Virus record (IMG/VR): IMGVR_UViG_3300031555_001734
Length of the DNA stretch: 20,000 nt
Origin: an uncultured virus (IMG/VR IMGVR_UViG_3300031555_001734)
Taxonomy: Duplodnaviria; Heunggongvirae; Uroviricota; Caudoviricetes
Strand: one strand, 5' to 3'
The position numbers were made by a program, and so were the translations under genes. The first letter of the stretch is position 1. Every line of letters starts with the position of its first letter. The notes below the pieces were generated by a model. That model ran no database searches, was not told the DNA's origin, and saw only the letters and a program-made list of their open reading frames with translations. Positions 1 through 8,600 of the stretch are shown here, piece after piece.

Positions 1-368
1 TCGGTAAGCACATCCTTCCTGGTATCGGACAAGGCATCGATCAGACCAGCCCTGAACTGAATGATACGATGCAGGATGCGGCCAGCGAGATGATTAACTC
101 TTTCGACACAGCGACGGAGGATATCGATGTATCTGGTCTGGTAAAGAAAATGCGTGATGGCGTGACTGAACAAGTAGGAAACATCAACGCTAATGTCTCT
201 GTGAAGACCCGCACCGGAACGGGACAGGTCGATGGAACTATGGACGAGTATCTCGACTATGAACAACTGGGCGATGCCGTTGCCCGCGGTTTCGTTCGTG
301 CTGACGTCAAGGTTGAGTGCGACGACAGAGAGTTCGGCCGCTTGATCTCTGACATTGAACCTGCATAG
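1..368 (+). CDS. C-terminal end of phage tail tape measure protein (5' truncated by window)
   Basis: Frame is open from the window start (GKHILPGIGQGIDQTSPELNDTMQDAASEM...DDREFGRLI). It resembles siphovirus TMP C-termini and lies directly upstream of a distal-tail-like gene. Confidence 0.65.
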   Translation, partial: GKHILPGIGQGIDQTSPELNDTMQDAASEMINSFDTATEDIDVSGLVKKMRDGVTEQVGNINANVSVKTRTGTGQVDGTMDEYLDYEQLGDAVARGFVRADVKVECDDREFGRLISDIEPA

Positions 369-381
369 GAGGTGGTGTGAT

Positions 382-1248
382 TTGAAGTATGACATTTATT
401 ACCAGAACAGTGTAGGAACAAAGCTGGAATTCTGTAATATCCCGTATCTGCTGGAGACAGGAGATTTCCTGGACTTTGCATGGGAGTTTACTTCTTCCAC
501 GAACTACAATGCGTATGGCGGTAAAATCGATGAGTTCACCAAGTCTATCACCTCCAAGAAACTGAAACTGACCATTATGGCCTGGACTGAAGCAGATTAC
601 ATTGCCGCCCTGGACAAAATGATAGATGTCTTTGAGTACGATATCATCAATAAGACTCCGGGCAAGCTGTACTGTAACGGAAACTACATGAAGTGTTATA
701 TTACGGCGGGCAAGATGACGGATTGGGAAGACCCGGCAGATTATATGACCGCAGAACTGACGATTACCACCGAGTATCCGATGTGGATCATTGAAAAAGA
801 ATGGAACTTCGTTCCGACAGGCAACCTGGCAGCGGGAAGTAAGCGATATGCGAATCGGTATCCCTACAGATATGCAAACGGAACGACTACCGGAACGATT
901 CTTCAGGGATCGAACTCTCCGGCGAACTTCAAAATCGTGTTCCACGGGCCAGCCAATGATCCGGCGGTTATTATCGGCGGTAATACGTACGGTGTTACAG
1001 GAATCAGCCTGGACGAAAGCGATTATATCGTTATTGATTCTTCCGAGGGTAAGGTTCTGAAATACTTCGCTGATGGCGAGGTGCGGAACATTTTCAACGC
1101 AAGAACCCGAGTGAACTCGTGCTTCGAGAGGCTCCAGGCAGGCTCCTTGCCGATTCAGTGGTCTGGTGAGTATCTGTTGTCAATCACAGTATTCGAGGAA
1201 AGGAGTATGCCGAAATGGAGCTTATCTCAGTCAAGGAAGACGGTGTAG
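382..1248 (+). CDS. Phage distal tail protein (Dit)-like
   Basis: ORF 355-1248; likely start TTG at 382 after AGGAGGT. About 290 aa, follows TMP, with typical Dit-like C-terminus (FKIVFHGPANDPAV...YIVIDS...RNIFNAR). Confidence 0.65.
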   Translation: MKYDIYYQNSVGTKLEFCNIPYLLETGDFLDFAWEFTSSTNYNAYGGKIDEFTKSITSKKLKLTIMAWTEADYIAALDKMIDVFEYDIINKTPGKLYCNGNYMKCYITAGKMTDWEDPADYMTAELTITTEYPMWIIEKEWNFVPTGNLAAGSKRYANRYPYRYANGTTTGTILQGSNSPANFKIVFHGPANDPAVIIGGNTYGVTGISLDESDYIVIDSSEGKVLKYFADGEVRNIFNARTRVNSCFERLQAGSLPIQWSGEYLLSITVFEERSMPKWSLSQSRKTV

Positions 1249-2222
1249 AACTCGGACTGTTGAAGGATGTTAGAGGCTTGGATGTGAGTATCGGAGGCAG
1301 CAATGACTTTGTAATCACATTTAACTCTGGCGACTGGCAGAACAATGAGGCACTTCTCGAAGCCGATTACTGGTATGCTGACGGATATGGTGAGGTCGGC
1401 GGTAAGATCCGCTGCATCAAATCGTCCACGAAGGAAAAGAAGGTCAAGGCAAGCGGCTATACATGGCGTGGCCTTATGGAGAAAAAGATAATCGAACCAC
1501 CGGAAGGTGAAGATTACAGGGTCGTATCAGGTGAGGCAAATGCTGTGCTTGCCGAGCTGATCGAACCTTGCTTCGGCGGATTCTTTGTCGTGTCCGACGA
1601 AAATAGTGGGTTTGAAATAAGCAGCCACCAGTTCAAACGATACGAAACCCTGTTGGCGGGTACGGTAGATATGCTCTATGAAGTCGGGGCGAAGCTGGAG
1701 ATCAGCTTCGTTCCCGGCTATTCTACTGTCAGCTCATTCGTCCCTGGCTATGTGTTGGTAAAGGCAGTAGCCATTATTGACTACTCGAACGAGATCGAGT
1801 ATAGCCAGGACGGGAAAGTGGACTTCACTGCCGAGGCAAACCGAATGGGTGTCAACCATCTGATTTGCCTCGGTCAAGGCGAACTGAAAGATCGTCAGGT
1901 TGTTCACCTGTATATGGACGAAGAAGGAAACATCAGTACGGAACAGTCGCTGACTGGTGTTGACGAAATCACGGATGTCTACGACTACTCTTCTGCGGAG
2001 AGTCTGGAGGACCTGATTGTCTATGGAAAAAAACGGCTGAAAGAACAGGGAAATTACACCACGCTCCAAATCAGCCTGAATGAAATGGATGCGCAGGTTG
2101 GTGACATTGTTGGCGGTCAGGAACAGGTGACAGGTATTACGCTGAAGAAGCAGATTGCCGAGATCATCTTCAAGATCGACAGCAAGGGCAAATTATACAT
2201 TACACACAAGGTTGGTGAATGA
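1215..2222 (+). CDS. Siphovirus baseplate hub / Gp37-like minor tail protein (Tal position)
   Basis: 335 aa, SD AAGGAG upstream, follows Dit. Motifs GYTWRGLMEKKIIEP and NHLICLGQGELKDR resemble ReqiPepy6 Gp37-like proteins. Confidence 0.6.
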   Translation: MELISVKEDGVELGLLKDVRGLDVSIGGSNDFVITFNSGDWQNNEALLEADYWYADGYGEVGGKIRCIKSSTKEKKVKASGYTWRGLMEKKIIEPPEGEDYRVVSGEANAVLAELIEPCFGGFFVVSDENSGFEISSHQFKRYETLLAGTVDMLYEVGAKLEISFVPGYSTVSSFVPGYVLVKAVAIIDYSNEIEYSQDGKVDFTAEANRMGVNHLICLGQGELKDRQVVHLYMDEEGNISTEQSLTGVDEITDVYDYSSAESLEDLIVYGKKRLKEQGNYTTLQISLNEMDAQVGDIVGGQEQVTGITLKKQIAEIIFKIDSKGKLYITHKVGE

Positions 2223-2223
2223 T

Positions 2224-2817
2224 ATGGGATTCAAGGGATTGACAGTGAACAGACCTGAGGACGAAGATCCTCATATCTATGCTGAGAATGATGCGGCCAT
2301 CTATCAGGCGATTCTTGGCGACGGCGATATGCTCCTGAATTATGGTGACTGCTTCAGCATGGTTTCCACGAGCTACAATTCCATCCAGGTCAGCAGTGGC
2401 CTGCTGGCTGTTCAGGGCCATATGGGTGTAATTGAAATCGGAGACACGGCAGAGCTGACACTGAGCAACGGCACTTCCGGCGTGACTCGTAACGACCTCG
2501 TGGTTGCCCGGTTTACAACGACAGGCAATCACGGAGAGGACACATTCACATTGGCTGTTCTGACAGGCGGCAGTGATGGCTCTGATCCGACGTACACTGC
2601 AGAAGATCTGAACGATGGCGGTAAAACCAGAGAGTTCCCGATTGCGAGAGTGACCATGAACGGACTCAACATCTCTGCGATAGAAATGTTGGTTGAGCCT
2701 GCCACCTGCATGAAGGATCTGCTCCATGCTCTGAATGAGCGCATTTCCTACGGCACTACTCAGCCTACGGCCAGCATGGGCGAGGACGGCGATATCTACA
2801 TCATGTATGAAGCATGA
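2224..2817 (+). CDS. Phage baseplate/virion structural protein
   Basis: ORF 2155-2817; likely ATG at 2224 just after the upstream stop. Contains RNDLVVARF and a C-terminal ISYGTTQP...GEDGDIYI motif typical of tail proteins. Confidence 0.55.
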   Translation: MGFKGLTVNRPEDEDPHIYAENDAAIYQAILGDGDMLLNYGDCFSMVSTSYNSIQVSSGLLAVQGHMGVIEIGDTAELTLSNGTSGVTRNDLVVARFTTTGNHGEDTFTLAVLTGGSDGSDPTYTAEDLNDGGKTREFPIARVTMNGLNISAIEMLVEPATCMKDLLHALNERISYGTTQPTASMGEDGDIYIMYEA

Positions 2818-2860
2818 TGACCTGTAAGTTAATCAGAATACGGCAGGAAAGGAGTAATTT

Positions 2861-4177
2861 ATGGCAACGCAACAGGTAAATTATAGTGACTCTGCTAATG
2901 GATGGGACGTAACCATATATTGGGAAGCGGATTATGACGATACTGAGTGTTGGGTATGGTGGGAAGTAAACTCCAACTCGTACAGCAGAACCTTCGCCAT
3001 AGTCGTAAGTGGCAATAGTAGCAACAAACTCAATTCTGGTATATCCCTTGCCTCTGGCACAGTTTGCTATTTCCAGGTATTCAAAAACGGCGCATATTCT
3101 CAGCAGAAAGGACCGTTCACGGTTTCTGCACCTGTACGTCCTAAGTATACGATTTCCTATAACGCCAACGGCGGTTCCGGAGCGCCTTCCAGTCAGACCA
3201 AGACATATGGCTATTCACTCACTCTGAGTACCACGAAGCCCACCAGGACAGGATATACCTTCCTTGGCTGGTCTACCAGTAAATCGGCAACAAGCGCAAC
3301 GTATGAGCCTGGAGACACATACACATCTGAAGGTGATGCGACTCTGTATGCTGTCTGGAAGATCATCACATACACTGTCAAGTTCGATGCGAACGGTGGC
3401 ACTGGAGCTCCTGGCAACCAGACGAAAACGTATGGAACGGCCCTGACTCTGACAAGTACGAAGCCTACCCGAACGGGATATACCTTCAAGTCGTGGAACA
3501 CAAAGGCAGATGGATCTGGAACGTCGTATGCTTCTGGTGGCTCCTACACATCCAATGCAGCGGTAACGTTGTATGCGATCTGGACTGCAAACCAGTATGC
3601 CGTCAAGTATAACGCCAACGGCGGCTCTGGCTCAATGAATGACCAGACCATGACCTATGACACGGCTGCGAATCTGACTGCAAATGCTTTCACATATGCA
3701 GGCCGCACCTTCACGGGCTGGGCAACATCGGCAACCGGAGAAAAGGTGTATTCCGATAAGCAGTCGGTCAAAAATCTGGTATCTACGTCTGGTGGCTCCA
3801 TCACACTTTATGCCGTTTGGAGCATAAATGCCATCACGATTACCTTCGATGCTGCCAGCAATGGCGGTACTTGCAGTGAAGCAAGCAGAGAAATCGACTA
3901 CGGTAGTTCTCTCGGCACTCTGCCTGTAGCGAGCAGACCGTACTACGTTTTTGCCGGCTGGTATACTGCAAAGACCGGAGGCACGAAGGTAACGACGACC
4001 AAGACGTTCACTGCATCCACAACGCTGTATGCTCAGTTTGTCATTGATGCTTCCACCAGCATCAAAGTATCCGGTGCCTGGAAGAAGGGCATCCCATACG
4101 TCAAGGTTGGTGGCGAGTATAAGAAAGGCTACGCATGGGTGAAAATCGGCGGAGTCTGGAAGCAGGGAATTGGCTAA
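2861..4177 (+). CDS. InlB B-repeat (Listeria-Bacteroides repeat) protein, putative tail adhesin
   Basis: SD GAAAGGAG. Four ~70-aa repeats (YT[I/V]x[Y/F][N/D]ANGG...GYTFxGW...TLYA[V/I]W) and a C-terminal triple (V/I)KVxGxWK-type motif. Confidence 0.8.
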   Translation: MATQQVNYSDSANGWDVTIYWEADYDDTECWVWWEVNSNSYSRTFAIVVSGNSSNKLNSGISLASGTVCYFQVFKNGAYSQQKGPFTVSAPVRPKYTISYNANGGSGAPSSQTKTYGYSLTLSTTKPTRTGYTFLGWSTSKSATSATYEPGDTYTSEGDATLYAVWKIITYTVKFDANGGTGAPGNQTKTYGTALTLTSTKPTRTGYTFKSWNTKADGSGTSYASGGSYTSNAAVTLYAIWTANQYAVKYNANGGSGSMNDQTMTYDTAANLTANAFTYAGRTFTGWATSATGEKVYSDKQSVKNLVSTSGGSITLYAVWSINAITITFDAASNGGTCSEASREIDYGSSLGTLPVASRPYYVFAGWYTAKTGGTKVTTTKTFTASTTLYAQFVIDASTSIKVSGAWKKGIPYVKVGGEYKKGYAWVKIGGVWKQGIG

Positions 4178-4202
4178 GCACAAAGAAATGTTTATACAAT
4201 GT

Positions 4203-4238
4203 GACCTCCTCGCCGTAAAAGGTGGGGAGGTCTTTTTT
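4203..4238 (+). terminator. Rho-independent terminator
   Basis: GACCTCCTCGCC-gtaaaa-GGTGGGGAGGTC stem (with G-U pairs) followed by TTTTTT. Confidence 0.75.
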
Positions 4239-4258
4239 AGAATGGAGTGTGAGTTGCA

Positions 4259-4576
4259 ATGATTCGTGGAACGACACCTACACACATTTTTGAGCTGCCG
4301 TTTGATACATGCGAACTTACAAAGATCCGCATCCTCTATGCCCAGAATGATGAAATGATTCTGGAAAAAACAGAGAAGGACTGTGAACTCAATGGACCTG
4401 TCATCAAAGTCAGACTTACCCAAGAGGAAACTATGAAGGTTAAGCATCTCGACATGGTTCAGATCCAGCTCCATGTCCTTACATCGAAAGATGACTCTCT
4501 GGTGTCCAACGTTTACAAGGTTCCGGCGTATCAGCTCTTAAAGGATGAGGTGCTGAGTAATGAGACTGAGAGTTAA
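4259..4576 (+). CDS. Phage protein, BppU N-terminal-like
   Basis: 105 aa MIRGTTPTHIF...VRLTQEET...VQIQL, a common small siphovirus baseplate-region protein. Confidence 0.5.
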   Translation: MIRGTTPTHIFELPFDTCELTKIRILYAQNDEMILEKTEKDCELNGPVIKVRLTQEETMKVKHLDMVQIQLHVLTSKDDSLVSNVYKVPAYQLLKDEVLSNETES

Positions 4577-4853
4577 ATTCCATGAAGCTGATCAGTTCAT
4601 TCCGCTCAAGTTTGATTTTTCTGAGGTAGAGCAGCAAATCCCGCTTAAGTTCGAAAGCATCCAAGAGGTGCACGTGGCAGGAAGAGGCGCTTATGATGGC
4701 CCTTATAGCGTAACCCCTACGGTTGACGAACAGAAGTTGGAAACAGCCCAGAAGATAATGCTTGATGACGTGACAGTGAAAGCAATTCCGTATTATACAG
4801 TCAGCAATGTATCGGGAGGCACAACGATCTATATTGCTGACACACTCGAGTAA
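4560..4853 (+). CDS. Hypothetical phage tail-region protein
   Basis: 97 aa, overlaps the upstream stop, SD GAGG. YDGPYSVTP...LET...DDVTVKAIPY motif also echoed at the C-terminus of the next gene. Confidence 0.6.
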   Translation: MRLRVKFHEADQFIPLKFDFSEVEQQIPLKFESIQEVHVAGRGAYDGPYSVTPTVDEQKLETAQKIMLDDVTVKAIPYYTVSNVSGGTTIYIADTLE

Positions 4854-4867
4854 AGGAGAGCGATAAT

Positions 4868-5443
4868 ATGGGTGTTTCAAAAGTAATATATGGCGGTAAA
4901 GTCCTGATCGACTTGACCGCCGATACCGTAAAGGCTTCAGATCTTCTGTCCGGCGTTACAGCGCATGGCAGTGATGGCGAGCCGATTGTCGGTACTTGCT
5001 CGTTTGATGCAGATACTCAGGATGCGAATGCTACCGCTTCTGAAGTTCTGAAGGACAGGATCGTCTATGTGCGAGGCGTAAAAGTCACCGGCTCAATGCC
5101 GAACAACGGCGCAGTCAAGGGAGTCATCACCAGTAAAGATACTCCTTACATTGTGCCACCTGGTTTTCATGATGGATCCGGAACAGTACGGATGGATGAT
5201 ACCGAGGCAGCAAAACTGGTTCCTGACAATATCCGCGAAGGTGTAACGGTTTTTGGTGTAACTGGTGCGATGTCTGGACTTGAAAGCGTAAAGGCTCAAG
5301 CGAAAACCATCACACCTGCCGTTTCGGATCAATCCGTTGTTCCGGATGAAGGGTATAATTACATTTCTCAGGTTACCGTTCTGGCTATCCCTTACGAGGA
5401 GAGCAGCAACGCAGCTGGCGGTATTACCGCAACGATCGGGTGA
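4868..5443 (+). CDS. Phage tail fibre-related repeat protein
   Basis: 191 aa, SD AAGGAG. Contains tail-fibre-type repeats (ASDLLSGVTAH...IVGT; ASEVLKDRIVY...VTGSM; PDNIREGVTVFGVTG). Confidence 0.6.
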   Translation: MGVSKVIYGGKVLIDLTADTVKASDLLSGVTAHGSDGEPIVGTCSFDADTQDANATASEVLKDRIVYVRGVKVTGSMPNNGAVKGVITSKDTPYIVPPGFHDGSGTVRMDDTEAAKLVPDNIREGVTVFGVTGAMSGLESVKAQAKTITPAVSDQSVVPDEGYNYISQVTVLAIPYEESSNAAGGITATIG

Positions 5444-5449
5444 TGACTT

Positions 5450-5686
5450 ATGCCTATCAGTAAGGTTATTTATTACGGAAAAACTCTGATGGATCTGACG
5501 GACAGCACCGTAAACCCTGAGAATTTGGCGACCGGAGAGGTCGCTTATAATTCTGCAGGCGAACGAATTGTGGGAACCGCTGACATGAACAAAGGGGCAA
5601 CCTTTGAGGTTGTAGAAGAAACCCTGACTATTGTCAGCGAGAAATCTGTGGTATCCGAAGAAACGCTTGAGATGGGAGAGTTGTAA
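5450..5686 (+). CDS. Small paralogue of the N-terminus of the preceding tail protein
   Basis: MPISKVIYYGKTLMDLTDSTV...GERIVGT aligns with MGVSKVIYGGKVLIDLTADTV...GEPIVGT. Stop overlaps the next ATG (TAATG). Confidence 0.6.
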   Translation: MPISKVIYYGKTLMDLTDSTVNPENLATGEVAYNSAGERIVGTADMNKGATFEVVEETLTIVSEKSVVSEETLEMGEL

Positions 5687-8600
5687 TGTCTGATATTAGC
5701 AAAATTGTTCTTAATGGCGTTGAGTATGACCTGAAGGACTCAACAGCCAGAACTGATCTGGCTACAGCTCTGGCTAGATTGAGCGCACTTCTCACCGAGT
5801 TGCAGGCAAACCCGGACTATGCACCTACGGCAGAGGTCGTTGACATCCGCACGGCCTATGACGGAACTGTTTATGAATTTGCTGGTGATGCAGTCAGAGC
5901 ATTAGGGCAGCAACTTAGCGAGTTCAAGGAAAAGTTCGGTGATAACCTGTACTTCGGTTGGAAGTATGAAAACAGTGTTCTCGAACTGACGCTTAACGGA
6001 AATGTTTGTTCTGACCCTGTTACTATCGTAAGTGGTGGTTCTGGCGGCAGTGCCAATAACGCCACCATGTCCCTGAAGAACACCGGCGGATGGGTATATA
6101 AAACGATTGCAACAGGTAAGGAATGTTCTGTCCAGGCAACATGGTCATCCCTTGAGGATGGCATCAGCACAGGCACAGGCACCCTCAAGGTCACGGTGAA
6201 TGGATCTGTCCAAATAAACAGATCCATTGAGCAGGGCGATTTTTCTATCCCTTTGGAATCGTATCTTGTCGACGGCCCCAATACTGTCCGCATCAATGTT
6301 ACCGATGTCTATGAAAACAGCAAAACACTGACGTTCACCATCAATGTTGTGGCGCTGTACCTCAATTCCACTTTTGATGCTACCGCCCAGTACACAGGCG
6401 CAATTACTTACTACTATACCCCCACGGGTGCTGCAGAAAAAACGATGCACTTCATTCTGGATGGTGAAGAGATTGCGACAGAGATTGTGTCTGTTACTGG
6501 ACAGCAGCAGGAGTTTTCTATACCTGCGCAGACACACGGAAGTCATACCTTCGAGACATATTTCACGGCTGTTGTCGGTTCTGACACGGTTCAGAGTAAT
6601 TCTCTGTACTATGACCTGATGTGCATCGAAGATGGCAACACAACCCCTATCATTGCAAGCACCTTTAGGCCGGTTGCAACCGAACAGTTTGTCACATTCA
6701 CGATTCCTCATATTGTTTACGACCCTGCTAATTTGCAGACTACAGTCGAATACAGAGCCTCTGGTGAGCTGGTAAGTAGCCTCACGGTGGACAGAACCGA
6801 GCAGAAGTGGAGTCTTCAGGGGGCAGATGTGGGCGACCTTGAACTGACCATTACCTGCGGTGATACCGTAAAGAGTTTTACAGTACCCATCATCGAAAGT
6901 TCTATGGATGTATCAGCGGTCACTAACAGCTTGACCCTCCACCTGACAGCCTATGGTCGGAGCAATAATGAGGCGAATCCGGAAGTGTGGGAGTTCGGCG
7001 ATTGTGCTGCATCTCTCAGTGGCTTCAACTTCAAATCTGACGGCTGGCAGCTGGATGAGGATGGGAATTCCGTTCTTCGTGTTGCTGGTGATGCCAGGGT
7101 CTACATTCCTCTGCAGATATTTGCGGAGGATTTCCGTTCTACTGGCAAGACTATCGAGTTGGAATTCGCCACCCGGGATGTGCTGAACTATGATGCTATC
7201 CTATTCAGCTGCATGTCCGGAGGACGTGGTCTGGAAGTCGGTGCGCAGAAAGCCACGCTGACCTCCGAGCAGAGCCAGATCGGCACGCAGTACAAGGAAG
7301 AGGAACATGTCCGGCTCGCATTTGTCGTTGAAAAGCGAGCAAACCGGCGGCTACTTCTGATGTACATAAACGGCATCATGTCTGGCGCTGTTCAGTACCC
7401 CGACAACGACGACTTCTCCCAGACCGAGCCTGTCGGCCTCTCCATCGGATCCAGCGATTGTACCACAGATATTTATTGCATCCGTGTGTATGATAACGAT
7501 CTGACCCGCTATCAGGTGTTGAACAACTGGATCGCTGATACTCAGGTCGGCACGCTGAAAAAGGAGCGGTACGAGCGGAACAACATTTATGACGACTACG
7601 GCCGCATCACCATCGGCACCCTCAACAAGAATCTTCCTTACCTTGTCATTGAGTGCCCTGTCCTCCCTCAGTTCAAAGGCGATAAGAAAACCTGTAGTGG
7701 TTACTATGTTGACCCGGTGCATCCGGAACGCTGTTTCTATTTCGAGAATGCCCAAATTGACGTTCAGGGTACTTCCTCTCAGTACTACAAGGTCAAGAAC
7801 TACAAGATTAAGTTCAAAGGCGGCTTCATACTCACGGACGGTACGACCGTAGAAGTGTATGCTATGAATGACAACGCCGTCCCGGTCGATACCTTCACCT
7901 ATAAGGCAGACGTCGCATCGAGCGAAGGCGCCAACAATGTCGTCCTGGCTCAGCTCTACAATGAACTATGCCCGACCAAGACACCTCCACAGGAGGAAGA
8001 CCCCAGGGTGCGGCAGACTATTGACGGTCATCCCATTGTCATCTTCTGGGATTCCGGCTCCGGCCCTGTGTTCGTCGGTAAGTATAACTTCAACAACGAC
8101 AAGGGAACCGAGGATGTATTCGGCTTTAAGACGGGTGACGAGTCCTGGGAAATCAAGCAGAACGGTACTGACCGTGTCGGTTTCCATAGCGCTGACTTCT
8201 CTGAGGGCAGCGGCTGGGAGAACGACTTTGAGGCCCGGTACCCGGAGGACAACACCAATACTTCAAATCTGGAAAGATTCTCTGCATGGCTCGTTACCAC
8301 CGATCTGACTCAGGTTACGGGCGCAGACCTCGATGCAGCTGTGACCATCAATGGAGTGGAATACACCCAGGATACAGAGGAATACCGACTGGCTAAATTC
8401 ACTGCAGAGCTTCCTGACTGGATGGATGTTTCCGCAGCGGTATTCTACTATGTGTTCACTGAAATTTTCCTTTGTATTGACCAGAGAGAAAAGAACGCAT
8501 TCCCGACCTTGTATGCGCTGCTGCTTCTGTGGATTATCCTGTTCTACGATGCTGACTCTTCCCTCGGCATCAACAACAAGGGTGCACTCGCATTCGAGTA

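Noticed and set aside
3146..4039. DNA repeats as a CRISPR array or second VR
   Set aside because: These are degenerate in-frame protein repeats with no constant repeat-spacer pattern and no similarity to the TR. No second VR was seen by eye anywhere in the window.
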